The translations under genes were made by a program, and so were the position numbers. 64,000 nucleotides of DNA, taken from assembly GCA_973895155.1 (NCBI GenBank), contig OZ316892.1, positions 2,483,223 to 2,547,222 of the forward strand. The letters are read 5' to 3'. Of this stretch, positions 1 through 12,104 are shown piece by piece (the first letter of the stretch is position 1; each line of letters starts with the position of its first letter). The notes beneath the pieces were generated by a model. That model did not search any database, was not told where the DNA came from, and saw nothing but the letters and a program-made list of their open reading frames with translations. Origin of the DNA: Marsupella aquatica. Taxonomy: Eukaryota > Plantae > Marchantiophyta.

Positions 1-2063
1 TTTGTGTCTCTACCACCCTAACTGCAGCACCCTTGACGTTAGTGTAGTATTGTACTAAGGACATAAATCAGCATTTAATGTCCAAAACTCGGTATTCGAT
101 CCCATGGAAGAACAAGAAAGGAATGATTTTCTATCGTTTAACACTTATGAATGACTAAGGTCACAAAAAACACAGGTTTGAGCCTTTTACTATGATTGCT
201 CAGCAAGGCATAGATTTGAATGTTTGCTTAACATTGTAAATGCAATTAATAAAATGGAAACAAATAACAAAACACAATGAAATCTTGAGGTATGATGAGG
301 GAGTCTGAAAAACACCAAGGTAACTTCTCATCAATACTTCATTTGATGTGATTTGGGTGATATATCCGTAAGAACATTTTTGGAATGGATTACTGTACTA
401 GGATGATTACTAAAATGCCGTCAACACGTCTCAACTTTTTCTTCCAAAGGTACTCAGAAGAAACTAGTAATCAATCTCTTCGATATCCAGTCGGTACTCT
501 GAGTCACGAATAATAAACACCATCATGATCAAATTGAAGTCATAGGTAATTGGTGAGTAACAATCTTTGCATCCTATACACAAGCAATGTCACGCCAAAA
601 ATTATGCATCAAGAACTCAAGAAGATGGGTTGTCACCACTTAAGGAATCTATTCCCTCATACTTTTGAGATTCAATTTCATACAAGTAATTTTACTTCAA
701 TGATCTAAACTCTCAATCATTCAGACCAAGGAAGGGAGAAGAATTCCTTTGTATTTGCAAGCTCCATACCATACGAAAACACACGGAAGCTTTGCAAAGG
801 TGATTATAGTACTGCAGCACATGTCACAGGCACTACTTTATTTCTTCACACTTGAAAATGACACAAATTCTACTTCATATAGGCTAGCAGGAACCCAAGG
901 AGACTGAGATACTGAAAGGACATGCCCTTTCATATCTAAAGGATCTTGAATAAACTTAATGACGGTCATCCTTGAAAAGTGAATGGACACTGTTGAAAGT
1001 GTCAAAAATGCAGGGGACGCTTCAGAAAGCGTCGAGGTTTGAGCGGACGCTTTGCAAAGCGTCGGTGTTTGCGGTAAAACTAATAAACAGTGATTTTAAT
1101 CTAATTTTTACTTCTAAACTAAGAGTCGGAATGAGTTGAAACTTTTCTAGGGTACTCTACTACATATAGTCTATATGCTGGAAAAGTTTCAGACTTTTCT
1201 GAGACTTCTAAGTGCCTCAAATAAATCGATAAAAGTGGCGCAGTGTTATAAAAGTGCGAAAACTGAAAAAATTTCTAAGTGTCGGGAACATAGTGGACGC
1301 TTCAGAAAGCGTCCAAAACTACAAAGGACTTTTATGGACGCTTCAGAAAGCGTCGGCTGAATTTCGAGGTTTTGGTCGCAGCGTCCATTTTCTGGGCTCC
1401 GGGCGAGACGCTTCAGTGGGCGTCACAGTGTCGAGGTCACCTTCGGGGCAGCAGACGCTTCTGTGGGCGTAGCTCCTCATGTGGATTGCAGAGCGTCGGA
1501 GTACAACTGGTTGGGTGGTGGACGCTTCAGAAAGCGTCGTGGTCTTTGGGTGGACGCTTCTCAAAGCGTCCAAAAATACAAGGGACGCTTCACAAAGCGT
1601 CGGCGAAGTCGCGGCTATGCAAAAAACAGCAAAACTAAATTAATTCTAACTTTCAAACCACATGTCGGTTTGAGATGAAACTTGCAGGGATGATTCTACT
1701 ACGCAACTACTACCTCCTGAAAAAGTATGAGACTTTTCTGACCATGATAGCTATTTAACTAAAATAGCAGAGATCGGCTGATTGTGATAATTGTATACAG
1801 AGCTCATTCTTGTTGAAAAAGTGTTTTGGAGGCCGGTTCTTGAATCTTCTAGTCTGCATTGCTTCTCCAATGATGTCCAGTCTTCTTTCTTGGTAGCATG
1901 TAAAGAGCAAGGATTTATATTGGCGATCCTTGTCCAATAGAGGCAATAGCCTCCGATGAAGCATAACATTAGGTAAAGTGTTCGGTTGATCTAAATTGCT
2001 ACAAAAGGTAACTGGATTGTACCTTGAGTTAGAAAAAGTTTAAAATTTATAAAATTTCCATCA
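1..2063 (-). mobile_element. Probable Ty3/gypsy (Athila/Tat-type) solo LTR, left end outside the window
   Basis: Ends in ...CCATCA at 2063 (TGAT on the minus strand, as in Athila-type LTR termini). A GTATTCGATCCCATGGA motif near 92 resembles the Athila/Tat LTR-end motif. It contains a diverged internal direct repeat (~1080-1240 vs ~1630-1780) and clustered GACGCTT..AAGCGTC palindromes. No coding capacity, and no PBS or PPT seen after 2063. Confidence 0.5.
985..1602. repeat. Cluster of ~10 palindromic GGACGCTT(N4)AAGCGTC motifs
   Basis: Copies near 1015, 1045, 1295, 1336, 1520, 1552 and 1583, with degenerate ones at 985, 1407 and 1454. Each forms a 7-bp stem with a 4-nt loop. Confidence 0.9.
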
Positions 2064-2066
2064 TTT

Positions 2067-2520
2067 CTAACTAATGTACAGCATTACAGTTAGGTTGGGT
2101 CTCTTAATTTGCTCATGTCCAACCTGCTCTGCCCTCTCCCGGTTGGCTGCTCCACTCCCCTGTCTCCCCTGGTGGAGGGTGGGAGATGGTATTGAGGCTA
2201 AGTTGAAGACTACCTTCCCGAGATGAAGACTATCTGGCAGGATGTTGTCTGACCATGGTCCATGCTTCAAAGCTTGATGAGTCAAAGGTTGCACTGTGTT
2301 TGGAGTCAAGTAATACAACTTTCACATAGCAAAATATGGAGAAGGTAGCCAAGTCATTACTCATCAAGCACTTGAAAGAGTGAAGGCCACATTGATGGCC
2401 TTTTTGGCAAGTCAGATTCTCAGATCCAACCCGCTCCAGCTTGGCTGTAGAGAGCCACATGTGTGCGCCCAAAAGAGAAACCCAACTTAAAAAGAAGGGC
2501 AGAGTATTCACAAGTGCCAA
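2067..2520 (-). mobile_element. Possible degenerate LINE ORF2 C-terminal remnant
   Basis: Broken minus-strand frames with W/C/H spacing loosely resembling zf-RVT and the LINE ORF2 C-terminus. Weak similarity only. Confidence 0.2.
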
Positions 2521-3502
2521 AACAAGATTGCCAAGTATTCACAAGTGCAAAAAACAAGATTGCCAAGGGACAGTGATAGTGAGGAGCAGTGAGGCACTAG
2601 ACTACATTCCTTTGGAGGTTTTTGGTACTCTCTACCCTAATTTAGACCAGTTTCTTTGGACCGGTGCAGTTTATGTATGAATGGAGTCCTTTCCCCCCTT
2701 TATCTGTCCTCACCAGGCTCTTATGACAGTGGGGTGTCTGTTGCTCTTCAGTGGGCCCAGGCTTTCACCCTCCTTTGTAGACGTCCAAGGCAGTTGGTTT
2801 TAGGGCCTCTCAACAGGTTCCACTTAGCAACCCTCCTATGTGGTTTACTCTGGAGCTCTATCAGACTTTTCAGTTCTTCGCTTAGTAGGGTGTTAGGTTT
2901 CTCGGCTTTTTTGTAAGTTCCTTGTTTGTGTCTTTGATCAATTGCTGTTGTGGGGGACCCCTTGGCTTCTTGGACCCCCTAGTCTTCTTGAGGCCTCCCC
3001 CCCCCCCTATATCCCCCCTTCATTGAACTGCTTTGCCATTGGGATCCTGTCTCCAGGTTTGACATTTTTTTTTTGCCCTGAAAAAACCAATTGAATTTCA
3101 TTCAAAAACCCAACTTACAAGAAGGGCGGCCCACAAGAGGGGGTCATGACCCCGGGGGGGGGAGGGGGACCAGAGGTCAAAAAGCCTAAAAGTCCAGGAG
3201 AGGCCAGAACCAGGAGAGAAGCGGACCCCAGAAAAAGAAGCCAAATTAGAAATTTGACTAGGGCAGGAGTGGCAAACAGTGGGTGAACAGGTGTTGGCAG
3301 GGCACCCAACAGTGGGTGCAATAGACAAAATCTACGAGTCTAGCCTGCATTGCAGCTTCTACGCCTCCAAAGTAATTCCATGGGGTTAGGGGGAACATCT
3401 GGGATCTGTAAAATATTTTCATTGATTTACCATAGTGCAGCCCAAGATCCATAGTTGAAGGTAATTTCATTGAGAGCATCCCCATACGTGGATTTGCCAT
3501 CT

Positions 3503-3900
3503 TTAATTCTGAGCAGGTGCCTGGCCCAGTCCTTACCCAGGTAAATTGCCAGTCTGTGTCAGGATGGTCAGTGTCAGCATTTTCTTTTCTTATGACAGCC
3601 TGAGCATCAGATCTGGTATGCTCAATGAAATGTGAGCTCCTGTCCTTGCATTTTCTTTTCTTATGACAACCTGAGCATCAGATCTGGTATGCTCAATGAC
3701 ATGTGAGCTCCTGTCTTTCCACAGATCCCAGCAGACAACAGGTCTCAATGTGGGCCACAGTTTAACTTGTATGTTAATTCTGAGCTTATGCCTGGCCCAG
3801 TCCTTACCTAGGTAAATTGCCAGTATGTGCAGGGATTGAGCATCAGATCTGGTTGCTCAATGAAATGTGAGCTCCTGTCTGTGCCACAGTTTAACTTGTG
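3503..3900. repeat. Nested local duplications (72-bp tandem unit inside a ~270-bp duplication)
   Basis: TGAGCATCAGATCTGGT(A)TGCTCAATGAAATGTGAGCTCCTGTC at ~3601, ~3673 and ~3837. TTAATTCTGAGC..TGCCTGGCCCAGTCCTTACC.AGGTAAATTGCCAGT at 3503 and ~3774. Confidence 0.9.
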
Positions 3901-5276
3901 TGTCCCATGCATCCTGTAGTGAATCCCCCCACAACAAAATTGGACGTTTTTGCCCTTTGGCACTGTGATATACATAGAAGCGTCATCCGACTTGTCTTTC
4001 TTTGATCCTCGTCCTGACGACGATGGTATATTGGTATGGCTGAAACCTGACAGAAATTAACTGATCATTACCTCGATCATTACCTCGATCATGAGTGTTC
4101 GAGATCAACCCGACAAGCTACAGAACTCAACTTTAAAATAACGATATAAGCCGCTGATGGGTGTCCAGAATTGCCCACGCAACCCACGAGGGTCCAGATG
4201 ATTGCAATGTGCCTTTTGCACAAGGCCACTCCTCGCTCGTGTCCATCTCGGACCGAGCGAGAATCATATCAACCCCTTGCAGTCACGTTCATTTCGTGAA
4301 TAATCGAGTGACGACATTGACTCTGATCTACTCAGTGCTTCGGAAGAGAATTGCAGTACATAGACACTCGCAAGTTCCCCAGCAGGATGGGAATGATCTG
4401 AATCCTGTGCACTAAAGTGAGGTCTCCCTTCGGCGTAGTTGGGCTCTCGTACTTCGTCCAGGCTTGTATTTCGCGCGTTGAAAACTACCGATAACTCCCC
4501 TTTCGAAGTGGTGAAGGTTGGACCGACATCTTGTTAGCTTTTGATACCTGGTGAGTGCCATTCCCAATGACTGTCACTTGTGAAGGATTTAAAGTAAAAA
4601 TAGGTCTTGATCCTCAAACGGTGAAATTCAATATGGGCGGTGCAATAGTAGAGATTTGTTTAGTCCACAATGCCTCGTCCTCACAGCTAAAGAGAGAAGA
4701 AGGTTTTACCTATTAAGCCAGACATTGAAAACTTGCCAAATTGCAACTTTTAGCTCAACAAAAACTTATCTGTATATATTGGTGGAACAGGAGATTCGAT
4801 TTAAGGTCAAAACTTGACGCAACTTTTTATGGGATGGACGGTAGAATGTGTTTGTCGTCATTCTGTGCAGCTGCGTAAAATCAATGGGATTCAAAGAAGC
4901 TTCTCGCAAGTGCAAGTCATCCATGCTTCGTTTGCTCATTTGTGTGCATTTTCTTCTTTGAGGGCTGGTCTTGTAGTCTGTCATTCTTGTGCACAACAAG
5001 AAGCAAATTAAACGAGGGGTTCATTTAAAGAACTGGAAGGTTTTGAGTGCCATCAGAAAGGTTCTCAAAAGGATAAGAAGCCGAACTACAACCAATCCAA
5101 CCCGCAGATACGCAAGGCAATTGGGAGGATGTCTTATCATCACTATGCTACAGAGAGCCTGCAATTATTGGATGTGATCAATGTTTTTGATTGGATGGGA
5201 ATGGAATTGGTTTGACGATTAGGGTACATGGGTGAATTCTATACATTTGATGTGTGGAAAGTTTGCAAGGAGCAGA

Positions 5277-8200
5277 ATGAAGACGAGTGGAGTTCTACTG
5301 TGGTTAGCGATGTCTCTTCTGGCATTCTCTTCCGTTTTCAGTTTCATTTACGCGCAGGAGAGCCCCGGTGTACTGAGATTAGGAGAGACTGTCAAGGTCA
5401 AGGAGCTACAGCAGAGTGCAGGGTCCGAAGGGGCGAGAAGTCAGTGGCGATTGTCAGCTGTAGCGCGAAGAAGAAGTCGGGATGGCAATGACATAGCTCA
5501 GCAGTGCGCTGCTGATTTATTTGCGTTATTCGGAGGTCCGGTTGCAGCATCGGCTGTGGAGAAGTCACGATCTAAGGAACTTCTGGATTGCGTACGTCTT
5601 CTCGCCCTTGATTTGAATTCTTCCCCGCTGGACGGTGATTGTGATTCGGATCATGGCATGTGGACGGATGAAGATCTGCAGGCGGGAATCTGCCTGGGCG
5701 GTGGAACAGAAAGGAGGAACAATGCTTTCAAGAAGAAAATTGCTTCCCCTCCTGCAGCAGTGAAGGAACTAGCTAGGAAGACAGTTGAGTGGGGTGGAGA
5801 TCCAACTATTATTTTGAATGCCTTGGGCCCAAAGAGTTATCCTGTAAGTGTCCCTCTTCAAAAACATCATCAGCCCCAATCAGCTTAACTTTGCACAAAT
5901 AGTTTTGAGTTAATATTAGCTGCGTGACAGTGCATATGGTCGAGTCTGTGTAATTTGAAGTCCACATATCCCCAATTGGGACACCGAACAGATTTTTACA
6001 AGATAAAAACGAATGCCACAAAGCCTCTCTGTTTCAGGTCAATATGTCAACAAGTTTCTTTGCAACAGAGACACGTGAACTGTCGACAGCTGTTCTACAT
6101 CCTGGTCACTCTAATCTTTCTGTAATGTTCGAGAGTACGTCATTTTGTTGACAATCTCAGATCTGGACTAGCCTTCAATTCGCTCATGGTTTCCTGGCTG
6201 TACATTAGGTACCAGATGTCGAAGGATCTACAGAAGAACGCTGCACATTGACTAAATATGATGACGGACGCCGGTTCGCAAAGCAAGTAAGGCTTTTCTA
6301 CTTCTCTGCTGCAAGTCTTTTGCAGTCGGAACTAATTACTTTGCGGATGCCTTGGTTGGACTCGTTCGAACGATATAAAATTTGTTGTTTATAGACCGGG
6401 CACATCATATATGTCGGATGGTTCTTTCGGAGTGATTTATGTTGCTAGTCTGCCTTCTTTGTCTCTCTTTTACTATGTGAAATATTCTCAAAGGATATGG
6501 GCCATTTCAAAATCTGTTGTACTCCAGGTTATAAATACTGTTATCATGTTAATTGCTCCTTGTCTGAGTAGTAGTCTGGCTTCGGTAAATGTTGGAGAAG
6601 TCTTCCAGCTCAGGATTACTTTGATTCAGATATTGTATAGTCTTCTTTTGTTTAATGGGACCTATGCCCAGACCATTCGCTTTGATTTACGGTAAGTTTT
6701 GCTTTGCTTTTAACTGCTTTCCCTTGGTCTATGCTGCATGATACAGGAGCTCAGTCTTTCGTATGTGTGTGTGTGTGTCTCCTCAGTCATGTTCTCTTCC
6801 AACTCTTTAGGCGAATGCAATTCTCTTGTGTTGACGTATGTAATTCCAATGTATTATTATGTTACATTGAGCAGGATACGACGAAATACATGGCCTTTCT
6901 GTTTGAGGCAATAGCTGAGCTCGCACCCTCTGTTGGGCTCAATATCTCGGTGAACCGTTTTGATCTTTTCCATGGCCATATGTTTACTGCTTACAAGACT
7001 GGGCGACTTGGCATCCTGTAAGAACTGCTAAAGTGTAACGTTTGGATGATATTCTGTTGTTAAGCATGCTCAAGTGCCCATGGGATTGTTAAAATAACTG
7101 GCTAGCCCTAGGTAACGAAACCCAGTTGCCCTTCTTGTCTGGCTTGCATGGCGCAGCTTTTTCGAATCTCCATACAAAGATGTTTGCCCTTTAATTACAG
7201 TGACTCACATCTGACAATTTTGTTCCTGCTCTTGGCTTTTCTTCTGTAGAAGATTTGGTCCACATGGACCACTGCGTTGAGAACTCGTGATTTGTGTTCA
7301 CTTGTCCCAGGTTCCATTCAAAGGAGTATCCAGCATACAACGAGAACAACTTTCCATTGAATCTTGGGTTCTGTCAGACAGGTGATTGGACGTAAACCTG
7401 ATACAGAGCTCTAATGTATAATGACATTGGAGCCCAGCGAGGACTTTTCACGAGCTAGTCAATTCTCTGCGATCTCATTTTGCTCTGGTAGAGTTCTGGT
7501 GGACAAGGTTATATTATGTTCTACTAGAGCCCTGTTCAAGGTAATAGTCCTTGATAGATCGAAGACTAACGAAACAATAACCAATTGATGCTTAGATTCA
7601 ACCCTACCATATGATACGAGCATGGCCCTGCGCAATATCGTGTGGTTAGCACCTATGCCTGATTGCTCCCCGGTCGTCAACAGCTCTAATCAGACTTGCT
7701 CCAGGAAGTGGCTGGCACCAGGTACGACGAAGGCAATCGAAATTTCAAATGGAAGCGACCGTTATTGATAGTAATCAGATTGGGCCTGATAAGTAATTGG
7801 TTAAAATTTTAGTTCAAATGAATGTGGATTCACCTTTGGGCATCTTGTATATCTATCTGCAGACGTAATCCTTCTGTGTCTCAAAAGATGATTACTAACA
7901 ATTTAGTGAATCTCGAGCAGAAACGAATTCAAAATGATGAAGTGTATTTTTTTTATGCAGGTTCTCTTTTTGTGCTTGACACTGGTGAGGGCAAGATACT
8001 TGACCGGGAGCTGGTGCCAGATTATCTAGATGTTGTACATACAGTGTCAGAAGGTATGTCTAGAATACCGACATATTTTTTCACGACTAGTGCGCATGGA
8101 CAGTTCATCCTTATGCATATATTGATCACTTTGAAGGTTTACCGTTTGATATGCATTAAGATATAGTTAGATGACACAAAATTGCAACAAGACTGATTGG

Positions 8201-8503
8201 GTGTCGCTGTTCAAGGTTGGTATTGTGTTTGCTTGGGCGAAGGTGTAGTATTCCTTGAGTTGACCGAAGCACTCTGCTACATAGTCACTGACTAGAGTTC
8301 AGCTCAGCTCTCAACGTGTAAACCTTAAACCTACGAAATCATTTTCTGATGAGGGACTACGCACGTGAGAATGGGAACTGTAATTCGCTTGTCTCACATT
8401 TGGATTTCCTGCATGTGTAGATGATCTCGGAGATGTGATGCTCGATGTCAACTACTTCAACCTCAAGAACACGACCCCAGAGGAACGTGTCTTTTTGTGT
8501 TGA
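5277..8503 (+). CDS. Conserved uncharacterised land-plant protein with N-terminal signal peptide (386 aa, 7 exons)
   Basis: Exons 5277-5843, 6209-6286, 6875-7017, 7311-7381, 7596-7721, 7961-8053 and 8421-8503. All introns are GT-AG and the frame is kept (1161 nt). Motifs GGDPTI, NRFDLFHGHMF, LGILFHSKEYPAY, LGFCQ, LRNIVWLAP and DDLGDVMLDVNY..VFLC* match a plant family I recognise but cannot name. Hydrophobic N-terminus GVLLWLAMSLLAFSSVFSFIYA. Confidence 0.85.
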
Positions 8504-8692
8504 GTACAGTGAGATTACTGCAATTCTCGAATCAGCGAGGCTATGTCAACATCTCCTAGGGAGTGGATAGATGCTCAGCACATTCCATATCTGACTGCAT
8601 TTGCACGACTAGGATCCAGCCGGAGCTAAGTATAGCAAAGAATTGCAAAGCAATAATTTTGACCTTCATGTCAGGTTTATATCGGAAATCAG

Positions 8693-8709
8693 TTTAGGGT
8701 TTAGGGTTT
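8693..8709. other. Telo-box / short interstitial plant telomere motif
   Basis: TTTAGGGTTTAGGGTTT. Similar single motifs occur near 9690 and 55258. Confidence 0.5.
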
Positions 8710-10639
8710 CAGCTGGTCGGACATTTGCACAGAGAATTGTAACCGAGGATTCTAGGCGGTCTCTCTACTCAGTCTGTTTGTTCCTACTGTGCCTCATTTC
8801 TTGCTTTCGAATCTGGCAAGGCTATTTCGATTGTTGGTCCCCTGGCCCTTCAGGCCGTGGGCACAATTCATTTATCCATTCCACTGGCTTAAACAAATCA
8901 GTTCGGATTTTACTAGGGTGATTCTTAAGTCCTTGCACCATGGAAAGCCTGCGTTTCAGCTCCAGTCTATTTCCGAGCTTGCAAATGTTTTAGAGAATAA
9001 AGGGTGGATTGCAATTGCAACCTATTTCTTGGTCATCTCCGTTGAATACTTCGAATGCAGTGGCTTCCTCATTTTGGACCCTACTTGAGTATTCTATGAA
9101 GCAAGCCACCTTGCACCCACCGAAAAAACTCATTACTCAGGTTCTCCCTAATAAATGATGACAGAATTTCTAAGTCATGTATATCACACTTTCTTCGGAC
9201 GAAGGAACTTTCTATGGAAGTACGATTGGATTTATCGGAGAAATCAACGGATTACTTCTAGCTTCTAACCCGTGAACAAGGATTCTCCTAAAGTTATGCA
9301 GAGTGAGTACAGTTTTAACTCAAGCTTTTGTGGAAAGGTCGCCGATGATAGTTTCTAATATTCTTCCGAAACGAAACCTGTCCCAGCCGATGTGGGCAAC
9401 TAGGATTGACTCGCAAGCGAAGAGGTAGAACCATTGGTGCCCATCCAATTAAGAATGATGGGTCTGGGAGCCCTAAGGTGACAGGTAAAATATGCCATCC
9501 ATGACAGCGAGTCTCGATTCTGCCATTCATCTTCCAAAATTGCCTGCTCCTATCCTTCCGGCGTTGGGCCAACCTCAGGAACAGACCATCTCTCAAATCT
9601 ACGCAAATCAGCCTGCTAACTGGGCACCACCAATCACATGACGAATTCAGGACACCACTCGTCAGACCAAGGCAAGTCAGGAATTTAGTGTTTAGGGTTT
9701 AGGTTGTTTGAAGTTCCCAGACAATTCTTAAGTCTGATCCACCCTCTTCACCTTTACAAATAATTCGGAGGAAGGCAGTACAAGAAACGAAGTCTGAGAG
9801 CGTCATAGTTATTCAAAAGGAAGCATTAGTCGTTGGATTTCAAGTCCGGGTTTTGACATAACGTAGAGCCACAATCATCTTATCGAAACGGTCAAATGGT
9901 TCAGTATGCCCCAATAGTGGAAACGGTACAAAATGTCACCAAAAACGTCTGCATGACCTGTTTCCTGGTCAGACTTCAAGTCCCGACGGTATGAAACAGT
10001 AATAGGTCACCCGGATCGCCTCCTGCCCTAAGGGCCATCCTGAAAGTTTCTAATTGTCGCAACGAGACGCTCTCCCCTCTCCCCTCTCCCCTCTCCCCGG
10101 AGTTACATCGACGGCAGCAACATGAAGATTCCTCGCTTCTTGAAACTTTCCACGCTTACTTCTGAACCCCATGATACATATGCAAAATATCCCAGTTGTT
10201 GCCAGGATCGTAAGAAAGGACGTCTTGTTGAAGAATTCGCTCATATAATGAAAATAGTACTCATCGCTGCGATATGCTTATCCATTTCCCAACTGCTTTC
10301 CTTTTTGGTGTCAAAAACGACGGTAGTTCCATGTTAATAGCATTCAGCTCAGCAAAGAATCCATCGCATTTGAGGATTCTCCATGGTTTTCACCTTCGTC
10401 TACTTGAATAGAGGCAAAAAACTGTTGATCTGTAGTAATTGATGCTACATACTCACGTTGCATCATTTATTTTGATAGACTCCTCCCCAATTATCAATGG
10501 GGAGCTCGGCATTCATCTCAGAACCACAAGATTTAAGGTATCTACCAAAGCGCTCTCTATCTCGCATCAATCCTTGAGCTGACAAAGGAGCGTGCTGAGG
10601 CCCATTTCAAATGCACTTACTGCCTATTTATCAATGATC

Positions 10640-10870
10640 CCGTTTGTAAAACTGAGAATCTGCCACGAGAAGCTGGCTGAACAAAAATTTGAGAACCATC
10701 TCATAAACGGATCAAGATATGGACAGATTCATCATCAAATTGAACGTATAGGAATACTCAATCATCAATCCTCTGCAAAACTGTGAACAGAATTCTGCAT
10801 AAAATAACTAAGTTTCTCAGTTTCGTGACGGATCAAGATCCGGACAGGTCATCAATAAACTCCATCGAGT
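10640..10870. repeat. Diverged ~121-bp direct duplication just 3' of TAF10
   Basis: ACGGATCAAGAT..GGACAG..TCATCA at 10707 and 10828. Confidence 0.65.
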
Positions 10871-10880
10871 AGCACAAAAG

Positions 10881-11303
10881 TCAATCATCCGCCGTCGGCT
10901 CCTTGGGAGCTCCAGCTCCTGCTCCAGCTCCAGCCTCGGATGCGTCGGCAAAGTAATCTTGCTGCCTCAAGTTGACTCCATACTCACGCAAAGCCGACGC
11001 CAGGTCCTCCGTTGTGAGCACGAGCCGTCTATCCTTCGCCGTCTGGCCTCGAGATTTCTCACCGGCCTTCGCAGACGCTTGCCTCATTTTGGCGTACTGC
11101 AAGGCATCGCTCGCAATCTCTCCCACGAACTTCTGCGTGGCCACAGATACCAGCCTTGTAACCCTAGTGTCCGGACACCGAAACCCGCTGCGGCTCAAGT
11201 AGTGCTCCACGAGCTCGTCGGGCATGGTCGGCGTGTAGCTGAGCAGAGACGAGAGGAAGTCCAAGAGCGGAGCATCGCCGTCCGCCTGCCCGCCATCCGC
11301 CAT
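10881..11303 (-). CDS. TAF10: TFIID/SAGA subunit TAF10 (histone-fold), intronless, 140 aa
   Basis: MADGGQADGDAPLLDFLSSLLSYTPTMPDELVEHYLSRSGFRCPDTRVTRLVSVATQKFVGEIASDALQY..KDRRLVLTTEDLASALREYGVN...YFAD is the TFIID_30kDa signature. The first in-frame ATG is at 11303; the ORF track starts at a non-ATG codon. Confidence 0.95.
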   Translation of the reverse strand: MADGGQADGDAPLLDFLSSLLSYTPTMPDELVEHYLSRSGFRCPDTRVTRLVSVATQKFVGEIASDALQYAKMRQASAKAGEKSRGQTAKDRRLVLTTEDLASALREYGVNLRQQDYFADASEAGAGAGAGAPKEPTADD

Positions 11304-11389
11304 CGATGGAGCTCGGCCACACCCACTGCTGCTGCTGTTCCTACCGCTTGGCTTTCCAACGCCGGTGAGACTTATGCTCTTCACATGTC

Positions 11390-11900
11390 CTGCTCTTGAC
11401 AATCGCACAATCCTGCCCTACGAGATCGAATTGGTCCTCGTCTTCAACTCAAAGCCCAGAATCTGAGTTCATCTCCTTTCGTGAAGAAACAACCAATTTC
11501 TATCCTTAACAGAATGTCTTGCTCAAGAAGACCAATCGCACATGCCCAAGAGATCGAATTGGTCCTCGTCTTCAACTCAAACTCCGGAATCTGAGTTCAC
11601 CTTCTTTCGTGAGGCAACGACCGATTTCTATCCTCCAACGAACATCGTGCTCAAGACAATCAATCGCACAGGCCCCAAAAGATCGAATTGGTCCTCGTCT
11701 TCAGCTCAAACTCCGGAATTCGAGTTCACCTTCGTTCGTGAGGCAACGACCGATTTCTATCCTCCGACGAACGTCGTGCTCAAGACAATCAAAATCGCAC
11801 ATGCCCCAAGAGATCGAATTGGTTCTCTTCTTCAACTCGAAGTCCCCGAATCTGAGTTCATCTTCTTTCGTGAGGAAATGGCTGATTTCTGTCCTCAACG
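11390..11900. repeat. Tandem array A, ~129-bp unit x4
   Basis: GATCGAATTGGT(C/T)CTC at 11424, 11552, 11681 and 11812 (spacings 128, 129, 131). Confidence 0.95.
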
Positions 11901-12104
11901 GTCACGAAATTGAGCGCACAATCTCAAGCTTTTCTTGACACACAACGCAACCTTGAATCTGTCTGTACTTCCACTACTTTGCCTCATTCCAATCCGTTCG
12001 TCTTCGCAGTATGCATAATTATCACCATCGATCGAGAGAAGTGATGCAGCTGAATTTCTAAGGTCCTTTCCTTTTAGGAGGATGGCGAATGTCATTTCTG
12101 TCAA

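Noticed and set aside
985-1602. CRISPR-like look of palindromic repeats with unique spacers
   Set aside because: The repeats are only ~20 bp and degenerate, the spacers are irregular (about 10 to over 200 bp), there are no cas genes, and the context is a eukaryotic LTR-like region.
8693-8709. Interstitial telomere or chromosome-fusion scar
   Set aside because: Only ~2.4 units, which is ordinary telo-box frequency.
11304-11408. 35-aa N-terminal extension of TAF10 in the ORF track
   Set aside because: It starts at a non-ATG codon inside array A. The first ATG at 11303 gives a normal-length TAF10.
11519-11938. Repeated-peptide ORFs in array A (also 13558-14171 and 50611-50928)
   Set aside because: They are by-products of unit lengths near multiples of 3. 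Frames shift between units and there is no protein similarity.
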